NCBI GenBank assembly: GCA_016872535.1
Contig: VGZQ01000003.1
Span: forward strand, 9,856 to 73,855
From: Rhodospirillales bacterium
GTDB lineage: Bacteria > Pseudomonadota > Alphaproteobacteria > Rhodospirillales > 2-12-FULL-67-15
DNA length: 64,000 nt
Direction: 5' to 3'
Notes under the pieces: generated by a model
What the model saw: only the letters and a program-made list of their open reading frames with translations
The model's database searches: none
Told to the model about the DNA's origin: nothing
In this document: in pieces, positions 19,582-29,197 of the stretch
How the letters are laid out: each line of letters opens with the position of its first letter
How positions within the stretch are numbered: the first letter of the stretch is position 1
Translations under genes and position numbers: made by a program

Positions 19582-20283
19582 TTATTCGGCCTTTTTCGAT
19601 TTCTTGGATTTCGCCTTCGGCTTGGCTTCGGCTTCGGCCCCGGCCTCGGCTTCCGCGGGTGCGGCGACTTCGGCCTCCGCCGCGCCTTCGGCGCCGGGTT
19701 GTTCGCCCTTGGGACCGGCGCCTTCCTCGAACAGGGCCTCGGCGCGCTGGCGCGCTTCCTCGCGCGCGAGTTTCTCATCTTCGGCCTGAGCGCCGTAGAC
19801 CACCGCGGTGCCGGTGCGGGCCTGGATTTGCGCTTCTTCGGCCGAGCGGGCGACGTTGACCGTGATCGTCACCGCCACTTCGGGGTGAAGATGGACGGGA
19901 ACCTGGACGAGGCCGAGGGCCTTGATCGGCACGTTCAACTCGACTTGCTGGCGTTCGACGGTGAAGCCCGCGTCCTTGACCGCCGCGGCGATGTCGCGGG
20001 CGTTCACGGAACCGTAGAGTTGCCCGGCTTCGCCCGCTTGGCGGATAAGGACAACGGCGAGACCTTTCATCTTTTCGGCGACGCGATCGGCGTCGGACTT
20101 GCGCGCGAGGTTTTGCGCTTCGAGCTGGGCCCGGCGCGTTTCGAACAGTTTTTTGTTTTCATCGGTCGCGCGCAGCGCCTTCTTGCGCGGCAACAGGTAA
20201 TTGCGCGCATATCCGGCCTTGACCTTCACCACCTCGCCCATTTGGCCGAGCTTGGCGATGCGTTCCAGCAGAATGACTTCCAT
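19582..20283 (-). CDS. rplI: 50S ribosomal protein L9 with long acidic/Ala-rich, Lys-terminated C-terminal extension
   Basis: Start at ATG 20283 ([32 protein letters not shown]). Length is 233 aa, versus about 150 aa that I recall as typical for L9. Confidence 0.9.
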   Translation of the reverse strand: MEVILLERIAKLGQMGEVVKVKAGYARNYLLPRKKALRATDENKKLFETRRAQLEAQNLARKSDADRVAEKMKGLAVVLIRQAGEAGQLYGSVNARDIAAAVKDAGFTVERQQVELNVPIKALGLVQVPVHLHPEVAVTITVNVARSAEEAQIQARTGTAVVYGAQAEDEKLAREEARQRAEALFEEGAGPKGEQPGAEGAAEAEVAAPAEAEAGAEAEAKPKAKSKKSKKAE

Positions 20284-20308
20284 CGTACGTTCTCCTTCAT
20301 GCCCTCGT

Positions 20309-21298
20309 TCAGGCTTGCGGCTCGTTCGATCCGGGCCGAGGCCCGCCGGGCAGCCTGTTGCGTATTCCGATCCAGTGTTCCAGCACGCCCACCGCCGCCA
20401 CGACCAACAGGGCCCAGGCGGAGATGAACAAAACAACGTAAAAACCGACAAGCAGCGCCCGGGGTTGCGGGGTCCGGTTTGCCAGCCCGTGCACGACCGC
20501 AAGCCCGAGAAGGAAGTGCGGGAACGCCAGCGCGAGCGCGAGGTTGCGCCCCGTATACCCCACATCCCCCGGCCCGATCAACGCCAACAAGGCCGCCCCG
20601 ACCAGCAGCCAGGAAAGCCAGTCGGGCAGCGTTATTTCGGACCAGACCGGTTTCGGCCTGAGCGCCCGCCCGGTCCGGATCAGGACGGCTTCGGCCATAA
20701 CGGCGTTAACCGCCCCCATCGCCACCCAGGACACTCCGATCCAGCCCGGAAACAGCCCGATCATGGTGGCCACAAGAGGTGAACGCTCGGCCCCGCCGAG
20801 GGTGGGCAACAGGGCGGCCATGCCTTTTTCGATGTGCGCGGCGACGGCCGCCTGGAACCCTTCGCCAGAGGAGAGCGCCAGCGCGGCGGCGGCGATCAGG
20901 GCCGCCGCCAGGGCGGCAAGCCACGCCACCACGTGTCCATGCGGGTACCATTCGGCCGGGGTGATGGTCGATCCGTTTCCGGTTTCGTCGCCGACCACGA
21001 TATCCACTTTGGGTTGACGGCTGAGCCCGAGCCACACCACCAGCGCGCCGGGTAGGGCATGGCCGACGACATAGAGCAGCATGGCCAAAGGCCCTGCGAG
21101 CAGGCCGGCGACCAGCGCGCCGACGCCGCACGCGGCCAAAGCGGGACGAACGCCGAGAGCGAGTCCGGTCAACATCAACGGCAGCGGACCAAGATAGATC
21201 AGCAGGAGAGTCGCGCCGGGAGCGCGGGCGAGAAACGCGAGGCCGGCGAGCGCGCTGGCCACGCCGGCGGCCACGGCGAACAGCAGGTCCCTGGTCAT
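20309..21298 (-). CDS. Polytopic membrane protein (DUF2232-like) embedded in the rpsF-rpsR-rplI cluster
   Basis: 329-aa Ala/Leu/Gly-rich ORF with multiple TM helices. Its position between rpsR and rplI matches an arrangement I recall in Alphaproteobacteria. Confidence 0.7.
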   Translation of the reverse strand: MTRDLLFAVAAGVASALAGLAFLARAPGATLLLIYLGPLPLMLTGLALGVRPALAACGVGALVAGLLAGPLAMLLYVVGHALPGALVVWLGLSRQPKVDIVVGDETGNGSTITPAEWYPHGHVVAWLAALAAALIAAAALALSSGEGFQAAVAAHIEKGMAALLPTLGGAERSPLVATMIGLFPGWIGVSWVAMGAVNAVMAEAVLIRTGRALRPKPVWSEITLPDWLSWLLVGAALLALIGPGDVGYTGRNLALALAFPHFLLGLAVVHGLANRTPQPRALLVGFYVVLFISAWALLVVAAVGVLEHWIGIRNRLPGGPRPGSNEPQA

Positions 21299-21357
21299 GG
21301 CACGCCCATCCCCGACGGCCCATCCCCGAAGTGAAGTAACGAGCCGCCGTCCGCGCC

Positions 21358-21609
21358 TCAGCGCACCGCGTAGGGAATCAGCGCGAGGAAACGGGCGCGC
21401 TTGATGGCGTTGGCGAGTTCCCGCTGCTTCTTGGCGGACACGGCCGAAATACGGCTCGGCACGATCTTGCCGCGCTCGGATACGTAGCGCGACAGCAGAC
21501 GCACGTCCTTGTAGTCGATCTTCGGCGCTTTGTCGCCGCTGAACGGGCAGCTCTTGCGCCGGCGGAAAAACGCGCCGCCGCGGCCGCCGGGTTTACGCGC
21601 GCCGTTCAT
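21358..21609 (-). CDS. rpsR: 30S ribosomal protein S18
   Basis: 83-aa ORF ([21 protein letters not shown]...). ATGA overlap with the rpsF stop. Confidence 0.95.
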   Translation of the reverse strand: MNGARKPGGRGGAFFRRRKSCPFSGDKAPKIDYKDVRLLSRYVSERGKIVPSRISAVSAKKQRELANAIKRARFLALIPYAVR

Positions 21610-22088
21610 GAACCGCCTCCTTCGCCGTCATCGGAACCGAGATCGCGGGGCGCGCCTTCCTCGCCGCGGGAGCGGCGCGGCCGGTCGCGATCGCCCCCGA
21701 AGCGATCGCCACCGAAGCGGTCGCCACCGAAGCGGTCGCCGCGCCCGGGGCGCTCGTCGCGTTGGTCGCGCGCGCGCATCATGGCGGACGGGCCTTCTTC
21801 CAGCTCCTCGACGCGGACGGTCAGATGGCGGATGACGTCCTCGTTGATGCGCATTTGACGTTCCATCTCGTGCACGGCCGCGGCCGGCGCGTCGATGTTG
21901 AGCAGCAGGTAATGGCCCTTGCGGTTTTTCTTGATGCGGAAGGCGAGGTTGCGCAGGCCCCAGTATTCGCGCTTGGTCACTTTGCCGCCGAGGTCGGCGA
22001 CGACCTTGGCGAACGCCTCGCCGAGCGCCTCGGCCTGCGGCTGCGAGATGTCCTGGCGGGCGATGAAAACGTTTTCGTAGTACGTCAA
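21606..22088 (-). CDS. rpsF: 30S ribosomal protein S6 with RGG/GDRFG-repeat C-terminal tail
   Basis: I place the start at TTG 22088 ([15 protein letters not shown]), preceded by AAGGGAG. The track ORF start at 22151 adds a non-homologous extension. Confidence 0.9.
   Translation of the reverse strand: MTYYENVFIARQDISQPQAEALGEAFAKVVADLGGKVTKREYWGLRNLAFRIKKNRKGHYLLLNIDAPAAAVHEMERQMRINEDVIRHLTVRVEELEEGPSAMMRARDQRDERPGRGDRFGGDRFGGDRFGGDRDRPRRSRGEEGAPRDLGSDDGEGGGS
21690..21740 (-). repeat. 15-bp tandem repeat (3.4 copies) inside the rpsF 3-prime end, encoding (GDRFG)n
   Basis: Plus-strand units ATCGCCCCCGAAGCG / ATCGCCACCGAAGCG / GTCGCCACCGAAGCG plus a partial GTCGCC. They translate to [18 protein letters not shown]. 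Confidence 0.85.
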
Positions 22089-22308
22089 AGTCGGTGGCTC
22101 CCTTCGGGTTGTCTCAGCCCGCGCCGGGACGAGCATGTCCGGGCCGGGCATAGCCGGACGCGATAGCGGCCGGCAAGGAGGTTAAGAGGGCGCGCACTAT
22201 ACACGAAGACCCTCTTGAGGCAAGGGCGCCCGGCCGATATCACTCCGGTCCTTGCCACCCCCGCGAACGCTCGCCAAAGTGGCCGGAAAACAAGGAGAAA
22301 CTTCGCCC

Positions 22309-23250
22309 ATGACCCGCGCGCTCGTGTTCCCCGGACAAGGCTCCCAGGCGGTCGGCATGGGGCGCGAATTGGCCGAGGCCTTCGCCCCCGCCCGCCAAGT
22401 GTTCGAGGAGGTCGACGAGGCCCTCAAGCAGAACCTGAGTCGCCTCATGTTCGAGGGCCCCGAGGCGGATTTGACCCTGACCGAAAACGCCCAGCCCGCG
22501 CTGATGGCGGTCAGCCTCGCGATCGTGCGTACCCTCGAGCGCGAAGGGGGTCTCGATCTCGCGCGCCACGTGTCGTTCGTCGCCGGTCACAGCCTCGGCG
22601 AATATTCGGCGCTCGCCGCCGTTGGCGCTTTTTCGCTCGCCGATACCGCCCGGCTGCTCAGGACGCGCGGCCGCGCCATGCAGGAAGCGGTACCGGTCGG
22701 CGTCGGTGCCATGGCGGCGCTGCTTGGGCTCGATCTCGACGGCGCGCGCGCGGCCGCCGCCGAGGCCGCGCAGGGCGAGGTGTGCGACGCCGCCAACGAC
22801 AACGCCCCCGGTCAGGTGGTGGTGAGCGGCCACAAGAGCGCGGTCGAACGCGCGGTCGCGATCGCCAAGACCAAGGGCGCCAAGCGCGCCATGCTGTTGC
22901 CGGTGAGCGCGCCCTTCCATTGCGCCCTAATGGCGCCGGCGGCCGAGGTCATGGTCAAGGCGCTGGCGGACGTGCAGATGCACGCGCCCAAGGTTCCGGT
23001 GGTCGCCAACGTCACCGCCGGGCCGGTCAGCGAGATCGGCGATATTCGTCGTCGCCTCGCCGAGCAGGTCACCGGCATGGTTCGTTGGCGCGAAAGCGTC
23101 GAATTTCTGAAGGGCAGCGGGGTGACCCAGGCGGCCGAATTGGGCGCGGGCAAGGTTCTCGCCGGTCTCGGCAAGCGGACCGCGCCCGAGATCGCGTTTA
23201 CCAGCGTCGGCGTTCCGGCCGATGTCGAGGGCTTTCTCAAAGCGCTGTAG
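22309..23250 (+). CDS. fabD: Malonyl CoA-acyl carrier protein transacylase
   Basis: Start at ATG 22309 after AAGGAG (MTRALVFPGQGSQAVGMG). Active site GHSLGEYSAL. Confidence 0.95.
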   Translation: MTRALVFPGQGSQAVGMGRELAEAFAPARQVFEEVDEALKQNLSRLMFEGPEADLTLTENAQPALMAVSLAIVRTLEREGGLDLARHVSFVAGHSLGEYSALAAVGAFSLADTARLLRTRGRAMQEAVPVGVGAMAALLGLDLDGARAAAAEAAQGEVCDAANDNAPGQVVVSGHKSAVERAVAIAKTKGAKRAMLLPVSAPFHCALMAPAAEVMVKALADVQMHAPKVPVVANVTAGPVSEIGDIRRRLAEQVTGMVRWRESVEFLKGSGVTQAAELGAGKVLAGLGKRTAPEIAFTSVGVPADVEGFLKAL

Positions 23251-23278
23251 ACGGCTACCGTGGATGGGACAGGGAACG

Positions 23279-24016
23279 ATGTTTGATCTTCAGGGCAAGC
23301 GCGCGTTGGTGACGGGAGCGTCGGGCGGCATCGGCGGATCGATCGCGCGCGCGTTGCAGGCTCAAGGCGCCGTAGTCGGATTGTCGGGCACCCGCGTCGA
23401 CGCGCTCAACGCGCTCGCCGCCGAGTTGAAGGAACGCGCGCACGTCCTGCCCGCCGATTTATCCGATCCGGCGGCGGCGGACGGATTGATCAAGGCGGCG
23501 GACGCGGCTCTCGGCGGCGTCGATATCCTGGTCAACAACGCGGGCCTCACCCGCGACGGACTCGCGGTGCGGATGAAGGACGAGGACTGGCAGAAAGTCC
23601 TCGACGTCAATCTTACCTCCGCGTTCCGTCTCAGCCGCGCGGTGCTGCGCGGCATGATGAAAAACCGTTGGGGGCGGATCGTTTCCATTTCGTCCGTGGT
23701 CGGCGCGACCGGCAACGCGGGCCAGGCCAACTATGCCGCTTCCAAGGCCGGCCTGTTCGGCATGTCGAAGGCGCTTGCCCAGGAAGTCGCCTCGCGCAAC
23801 ATCACCGTCAATTGCGTCGCGCCCGGATTCATCGTCACCGCCATGACCGATTCGCTTTCCGAGGAACAGAAGCAAAAGCTCGCCCAGAACATTCCCGCCG
23901 CGCGGCTGGGCACCCCCGCCGACGTCGCCGCCGCCGTGGTGTATCTGGCGAGCGAGGAAGCGGCCTACGTCACCGGCCAGACGCTGCACGTCAACGGCGG
24001 CTTGGCCATGATCTAA
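23279..24016 (+). CDS. fabG: 3-oxoacyl-ACP reductase
   Basis: Start at ATG 23279 (MFDLQGKRALVTGASGGIGG). NNAG and YAASKAG motifs. Confidence 0.95.
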   Translation: MFDLQGKRALVTGASGGIGGSIARALQAQGAVVGLSGTRVDALNALAAELKERAHVLPADLSDPAAADGLIKAADAALGGVDILVNNAGLTRDGLAVRMKDEDWQKVLDVNLTSAFRLSRAVLRGMMKNRWGRIVSISSVVGATGNAGQANYAASKAGLFGMSKALAQEVASRNITVNCVAPGFIVTAMTDSLSEEQKQKLAQNIPAARLGTPADVAAAVVYLASEEAAYVTGQTLHVNGGLAMI

Positions 24017-24078
24017 GGCCCGCCGGGCGGCTTTGGGGCCTTCGGGCGCCTAGCCAAGGGGGGTAGATTGTGTTAGGA

Positions 24079-24101
24079 AACCGCTACCGCGGTGGTTTTT
24101 T
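24079..24101 (+). terminator. Weak hairpin + T6 between fabG and acpP (possible partial terminator/attenuator)
   Basis: AACCGC-tacc-GCGGT(G) followed by GTTTTTTC. The stem is only 5 bp. Confidence 0.3.
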
Positions 24102-24139
24102 CGAACCGACGGACATCAACGAATTCGAGGTCTAGAATC

Positions 24140-24379
24140 ATGAGCGACGTTGCCGAGCGCGTGAAGAAAATCGTTGTCGAGCACCTGGGGGTCGATGCCT
24201 CGAAGGTCGTGGAAGGGGCGCACTTCATCGAGGATTTGGGGGCCGACAGCCTCGATACCGTCGAATTGGTCATGGCGTTCGAGGAGGAATTCGGCATCGA
24301 AATCCCCGACGACGCAGCCGAGAAAATCCAGACGATCAAAGACGCGATCGGTTTCATTCAGTCTCAGTCGAAGAAGTGA
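24140..24379 (+). CDS. acpP: Acyl carrier protein
   Basis: Start at ATG 24140. Phosphopantetheine site [19 protein letters not shown]. Confidence 0.95.
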   Translation: MSDVAERVKKIVVEHLGVDASKVVEGAHFIEDLGADSLDTVELVMAFEEEFGIEIPDDAAEKIQTIKDAIGFIQSQSKK

Positions 24380-24424
24380 GCGGATCGGAGCGCCGCCGCT
24401 TCGGTCGTCGTCGCGGGCACAGCG

Positions 24425-25708
24425 ATGGGTCAGGTAGATAATTCCCTGAGACGCGTGGTCGTCACCGGGATCGGGATTGTGTCCCCGCTCGGCGTCGGCA
24501 TTAAGACGAACTGGGATGGCTTGATGGCGGGCCGTTCCGGTATCGGTTCGATTCAATCCTTCGACACCTCCGACCTGCCGGCCAAGATCGCGGGCCAGGT
24601 GCCGCGTGGCGAAACGTCCTCGGGCCTCTTCAATCCCGACGACTGGATTCCGCCCAAGGACCAGCGGCGGATGGACGACTTCATCATCTACGGACTTGCC
24701 GCCGCGAACCAGGCGATCGAGGATTCGGGCTGGAAACCGGAGAGCGAGGAAGGCCGCTGCCGCACCGGCGTGCTGATCGGCTCGGGCATCGGCGGTCTGC
24801 CGGAAATCGCCCGCACCGCGTCCATCGTCGAAAAGGGCCAGTCGCGCAAAGTGAGCCCGTTCTTCATCCCGGCGAGTCTGATCAATCTCGTTTCCGGCCA
24901 CGTGTCGATCCGCCACGGGTTCAAGGGCCCGAATCACGCGGTGGTGACCGCGTGCTCGACCGGTGCGCACGCCATCGGCGACGCCGCGCGGTTGATCATG
25001 TGGGACGATGCCGACGTGATGATCGCGGGTGGGGCCGAAGCCGCCGTCTGCCGCATCGGCATGGCCGGCTTCTGCGCCGCGCGCGCGCTGGCGACCAAAT
25101 TCAACGACACGCCGGAAAAGGCGTCGCGGCCCTGGGACAAGGATCGCGATGGCTTCGTCATGGGCGACGGCGCCGGTGTCGTGGTGCTGGAAGAATACGA
25201 ACACGCCAGGAAGCGTGGCGCCAAGATTTACGCCGAGGTGGTCGGCTACGGCCTGTCCGGCGACGCCCACCACATCACGGCGCCGGCCGCCGACGGCGAC
25301 GGGGCGCAGCGGTGCATGAAAATGGCGCTCAAGCGCGCGAAGATGAACCCGGACGAAATCGACTACGTCAACGCCCATGGCACCTCGACCCCGCTCGGCG
25401 ACGAGATCGAACTGAACGCGGTCAAGAAGGTGTTCGGCGACGCGGCGTATAAGATTTCCATGTCGTCGACCAAGTCCTCGATCGGACATCTGCTCGGCGC
25501 GGCGGGGGCGGTCGAGGCGATCTATTCGATTCTCGCCATCAATCACGGGGTGGCGCCGCCGACGCTCAATCTCGACAATCCCTCGGACGGCTGCGACATC
25601 GACCTGGTTCCCCACCAGCCCAAGGAACGCCCGATCCGCGCCGCGCTCTCCAATTCCTTCGGCTTCGGCGGCACCAACGCCTCGCTCGTGTTCAAGGCCG
25701 TCAACTGA
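24425..25708 (+). CDS. fabF: 3-oxoacyl-ACP synthase II
   Basis: 427-aa ORF. RRVVVTGIG N-terminus, active-site ACSTGAH, HGTSTPLGD, NSFGFGGTNA. Confidence 0.95.
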   Translation: MGQVDNSLRRVVVTGIGIVSPLGVGIKTNWDGLMAGRSGIGSIQSFDTSDLPAKIAGQVPRGETSSGLFNPDDWIPPKDQRRMDDFIIYGLAAANQAIEDSGWKPESEEGRCRTGVLIGSGIGGLPEIARTASIVEKGQSRKVSPFFIPASLINLVSGHVSIRHGFKGPNHAVVTACSTGAHAIGDAARLIMWDDADVMIAGGAEAAVCRIGMAGFCAARALATKFNDTPEKASRPWDKDRDGFVMGDGAGVVVLEEYEHARKRGAKIYAEVVGYGLSGDAHHITAPAADGDGAQRCMKMALKRAKMNPDEIDYVNAHGTSTPLGDEIELNAVKKVFGDAAYKISMSSTKSSIGHLLGAAGAVEAIYSILAINHGVAPPTLNLDNPSDGCDIDLVPHQPKERPIRAALSNSFGFGGTNASLVFKAVN

Positions 25709-25720
25709 CGGGACCCGGCG

Positions 25721-26773
25721 GTGGCGCTTCGGCCCGCCCGTACGTTCCTAATCGTTCTGCTTCTTCTCGCGCTCGGGCTTGCGTTCGGCGGGGCCGTCGC
25801 CTGGTCCAGGCTCGACGGGCCGGGGCCGCTCGCCCGGCCGCACGCGGTCGTCATCCCCAAGGGCGCGGGCGGCGAAGGCATCGCGCGGCGCCTGCATGAG
25901 TCGGGCGTGATTGCCGATCCTTGGCTGTTCCGTCTCGCAGCGCGAATCCTGGGGCGCTCGAAACCCCTGCGCGCCGGCGAATACGAATTCCCCGCGCGCG
26001 CGAGCGCGTTCGAGGCCATCCGTCTGCTGCAAAGCGGGCGCACGGTGGTGCGGCGCCTGACCGTGCCGGAAGGGCTCACGGTCCGGCAGGTGATGGGATT
26101 GCTGATCGACGCCGAGGGGCTCGAAGGACCAGTCACGCGCCTCGCGGGCGAGGGCTGGCTGTTGCCCGAGACTTATCATTACTCCTGGGGCGACACGCGC
26201 CAGGGATTGGTGGAGCGGATGGAAGCGGCCATGCGCGATGCGCTTGCGCGCGCCTGGGGCGCGCGCGCGGGCGAATCCCCGCGCGCAACAGACAATGCGC
26301 CCCTATCGGGGCGCTCGGCGCCGCCCATTCTCAAAACGCCGGAGGAAGCGTTGACGCTCGCCTCCATCGTCGAGAAGGAAACCGGCGTCGCCGCGGAACG
26401 GCCGCGCATCGCGGCGGTGTTCCTGAACCGCCTCAAGGCCAACATGAAGCTGCAATCGGACCCGACCGTGATTTACGGCATCAGCCGGGGCGAGGGGAAC
26501 TTCAACCGCGCGCTCGCTCGCGCCGATCTGGAGGCGGACACGCCCTACAACACCTACACCCGCGCCGGCCTGCCGCCGGGGCCGATCGCCAATCCGGGAC
26601 GGTCGTCGATCGAGGCCGTGCTCAATCCGGTTGCGTCGGACGAACTCTATTTCGTCGCCGACGGCACGGGCGGCCACGCTTTCGCTAAGACCCTCGACGA
26701 GCACAACCGCAACGTCGCGCGCTGGCGCCGGATTCGGGACGGGCGGGACGGGAACGCGGTGCCGCCGAAATAA
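25721..26773 (+). CDS. mltG: Endolytic murein transglycosylase MltG (YceG-like)
   Basis: 350-aa ORF (GTG start) with an N-terminal TM helix. YceG blocks LASIVEKET, LQSDPTVIYG, YNTYxxxGLPPGPIANPG. Confidence 0.85.
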   Translation: MALRPARTFLIVLLLLALGLAFGGAVAWSRLDGPGPLARPHAVVIPKGAGGEGIARRLHESGVIADPWLFRLAARILGRSKPLRAGEYEFPARASAFEAIRLLQSGRTVVRRLTVPEGLTVRQVMGLLIDAEGLEGPVTRLAGEGWLLPETYHYSWGDTRQGLVERMEAAMRDALARAWGARAGESPRATDNAPLSGRSAPPILKTPEEALTLASIVEKETGVAAERPRIAAVFLNRLKANMKLQSDPTVIYGISRGEGNFNRALARADLEADTPYNTYTRAGLPPGPIANPGRSSIEAVLNPVASDELYFVADGTGGHAFAKTLDEHNRNVARWRRIRDGRDGNAVPPK

Positions 26774-26779
26774 CGGCAC

Positions 26780-27550
26780 TCAATCCTTCTTCGGCATCCG
26801 CGTCAGCAGCGGATCGGTCCAGGCGGGCGGGAGAGCCGCGAACAGCCAGGTCAGGAACGCGGTCGGGCGGGGAAAGCTGATGCGCGGTTTATTGCGCCGC
26901 AAGCCGGCGACGATGATGTCGGCGGCGCGTTCCGCATCCATTAGGAATGGCATCGGGAAACGATTGTTCGCCGTCATCCGCGTCGTCACGAAGCCCGGGC
27001 AGACCACGTTGACCGAAATACCTTCCGGTTTCAGCCACCCGCGCAAACCTTCGCCCCAGGTCTTGGCCGCCGCCTTGCTCGCCGAATAGGCCGGCGCGCC
27101 GGGCAGACCGCGATAGCCCGCGAGCGAGGCGATGATCGCGATCTGGCCCGCGCGCCGCGCCCGCATCGCCCGGATCGCCGGCCACACGGTGTTGACCACG
27201 CCGTCGAGGTTGATCGCGAAGATGGCGCGCGTCTGATCCTCGTTCTCGCCGCTGCCGCCGGTACCGCCAGAAATGCCGGCGTTGGCGACGACGAGATCGA
27301 GCGATCTCGCGGCATCAGCGCGCGCGATCCAGGCATCCATGGCCGCCCGGTCGGCAACATCGATCGTTTCGGCTACGACCTCCGCGCCCTTGGCGACGCA
27401 CGCGGCGTGGGTTTCCGCGAGTCTTGCCGAATCGCGGCCGGAAAGAAAAAGCCGCGCGCCGGAGCAGGCGTAGCGGAGCGCCAACGCCCGGCCGAGCCCG
27501 CTGGAGGCGCCGGTGATCAGAATGGACGACGGTTCGGGGCGCAGAGTCAT
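26780..27550 (-). CDS. SDR family oxidoreductase
   Basis: 256-aa ORF. TGASSGLG, NAG, YSASKAA motifs. Convergent with mltG (6-bp gap). Confidence 0.8.
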   Translation of the reverse strand: MTLRPEPSSILITGASSGLGRALALRYACSGARLFLSGRDSARLAETHAACVAKGAEVVAETIDVADRAAMDAWIARADAARSLDLVVANAGISGGTGGSGENEDQTRAIFAINLDGVVNTVWPAIRAMRARRAGQIAIIASLAGYRGLPGAPAYSASKAAAKTWGEGLRGWLKPEGISVNVVCPGFVTTRMTANNRFPMPFLMDAERAADIIVAGLRRNKPRISFPRPTAFLTWLFAALPPAWTDPLLTRMPKKD

Positions 27551-27616
27551 GGATTATCCTAGCATTGGCGGGTCCGCGCGGCGCGGGCTATAAACGCCCA
27601 AAGCGGAGAAGTCTCC

Positions 27617-28507
27617 ATGACGCTCTATTCCATGACCGGGTTTGCCCGTGCCGAGGGCAAGGACGACCAAGCCGCTTGGGCGTGGGAAGTCCGCAGCGTC
27701 AACGGACGTGGGCTCGATTCCCGGCTGCGCCTGCCGCCCGGCTACGAGCGGATCGAGGGGCCGGCGCGGGATCTAATCGCCAAGCACCTGAAGCGCGGCA
27801 ATGTCCAAGCGACGTTGACCGTGACCGCCGCGGGCGGGGGCGCGAAAATCGCCGTCAACCGGGACGTGCTGGAGCAGGCGATCCATCTCGCGGGCGAATT
27901 GGCCCACCGCCTGCCGTCGGCCAGGCCGCCGTCGGTCGATGGCCTCTTGGCCTTGCGGGGCGTGATCGAAACGGTCGATCACGAACCGAGCGCGGAAGAA
28001 CGCGAGCGGCGCGATACGGCGATCCTCGGCGATCTCGACCAGGCGCTGCTTCGCCTCGTGCTCGCGCGCGGGGGCGAGGGTCGTAAGCTGGCCGAGGCGC
28101 TCCGCGCGCGTCTCGACGAAATCGAAGCGTTGACGCGCGCGGCGGAAAAGCTCGCCGCCATCCAGCCGCAGGCGATTCAAGCCCGCCTCAAGAAAAACGT
28201 CGCCGAACTGCTGGAGGCATCGCCGGGCATGTCGTCCGAGCGGTTGGCGCAGGAGGTGGCGTTGCTCGCCGCCAAGGCCGACCTGCGCGAGGAATTGGAC
28301 CGCCTGAAGGCCCACGTCGGCCAGGCGCGCGAATTGATCGCCGCCGGCGCGGGCGTGGGGCGCCGGCTCGATTTTCTCTGCCAGGAGTTCAACCGCGAGG
28401 CCAACACGCTCTGCTCCAAGTCCGAGGAGATCGAGCTGACCCGCATCGGCCTCGACCTCAAAGCGGCGATCGAGCAAATGCGCGAGCAAATCCAGAACAT
28501 CGAATAG
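27617..28507 (+). CDS. yicC: YicC family stress-induced protein
   Basis: 296-aa ORF. MTGFAR start region and C-terminal DFLCQEFNREANTLCSKS...EQMREQIQNIE, typical of YicC/DUF1732. Confidence 0.85.
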   Translation: MTLYSMTGFARAEGKDDQAAWAWEVRSVNGRGLDSRLRLPPGYERIEGPARDLIAKHLKRGNVQATLTVTAAGGGAKIAVNRDVLEQAIHLAGELAHRLPSARPPSVDGLLALRGVIETVDHEPSAEERERRDTAILGDLDQALLRLVLARGGEGRKLAEALRARLDEIEALTRAAEKLAAIQPQAIQARLKKNVAELLEASPGMSSERLAQEVALLAAKADLREELDRLKAHVGQARELIAAGAGVGRRLDFLCQEFNREANTLCSKSEEIELTRIGLDLKAAIEQMREQIQNIE

Positions 28508-28542
28508 GCCAGAACATCGAATAGGCCAGAACATCGAATAGG
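28492..28542 (+). repeat. Perfect 17-bp tandem repeat x3 (CCAGAACATCGAATAGG) spanning the yicC stop codon
   Basis: Units at 28492-28508, 28509-28525 and 28526-28542 are identical. The first encodes the last yicC codons plus TAG. Confidence 0.95.
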
Positions 28543-28551
28543 AACGACCGG

Positions 28552-29187
28552 ATGCAGCACGGAATCCACCGCCGCGGCCTGATGCTGGTGTTGTCCTCGC
28601 CGTCGGGCGCGGGTAAGACGACGATTTCGCGTGAGTTGTTGAAACGCGAGCCCGGCCTGGTCATGTCGGTGTCGGCCACCACCAGGTCGCCGCGCCCGGG
28701 CGAGGTTGAAGGCAAGGACTATTTTTTCAAGACCGTTGCCCAATTCGAGGCGATGGTGAAAAAAAACGAGTTTCTCGAACACGCCCGGGTGTTCGACAAC
28801 CTCTACGGCACGCCGCGCGCGGCGGTGGAAACGGCGCTGGCCGCCGGCCGCGACGTGCTGTTCGACGTCGATTGGCAGGGAACGCAAAAGCTCAAGGAAA
28901 CGGCCCGGTCGGACTTGGCGAGCGTGTTCATCCTGCCGCCGTCGATGGCGGAACTGGAGAACCGCCTGCGTGCGCGCGCCCAGGATTCGGACGACGTGGT
29001 GCGGAGCCGCATGGCCCGCGCCGCGTCCGAGATGAGCCATTGGGCCGAGTACGATTACATCGTGGTCAACGTCGACGTGGAATCCTCGGTCGCGCGCGTG
29101 CAAGCGATCCTCGCCGCCGAACGGCTACGGCGCGACCGTCAGACGGGCCTCTCGGACTTTGTCGGCGAGATGTGCGGGAAGGAGTAG
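28552..29187 (+). CDS. gmk: Guanylate kinase
   Basis: 211-aa ORF. P-loop SSPSGAGKTT and TTRSPRPGEVEGKDYFF. Confidence 0.95.
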   Translation: MQHGIHRRGLMLVLSSPSGAGKTTISRELLKREPGLVMSVSATTRSPRPGEVEGKDYFFKTVAQFEAMVKKNEFLEHARVFDNLYGTPRAAVETALAAGRDVLFDVDWQGTQKLKETARSDLASVFILPPSMAELENRLRARAQDSDDVVRSRMARAASEMSHWAEYDYIVVNVDVESSVARVQAILAAERLRRDRQTGLSDFVGEMCGKE

Positions 29188-29197
29188 GCGTTTCGCC

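Noticed and set aside
22089-22151. N-terminal extensions suggested by the ORF track for rpsF and many others (phnS, phnT, fabD, fabG, acpP, lptD, lptF, NMO, GST, DUF2066, AI-2E, hda)
   Set aside because: In each case a downstream start with an SD or a 4-bp coupling overlap restores the conserved family N-terminus or signal peptide. The longer versions add Arg/Gly-rich non-homologous sequence or overlap the neighbouring gene.
28492-28542. Possibility that the 17-bp direct repeats are a mini CRISPR array
   Set aside because: The repeats are directly abutting with no spacers. The unit is far shorter than CRISPR repeats, and there are no cas genes in the window.
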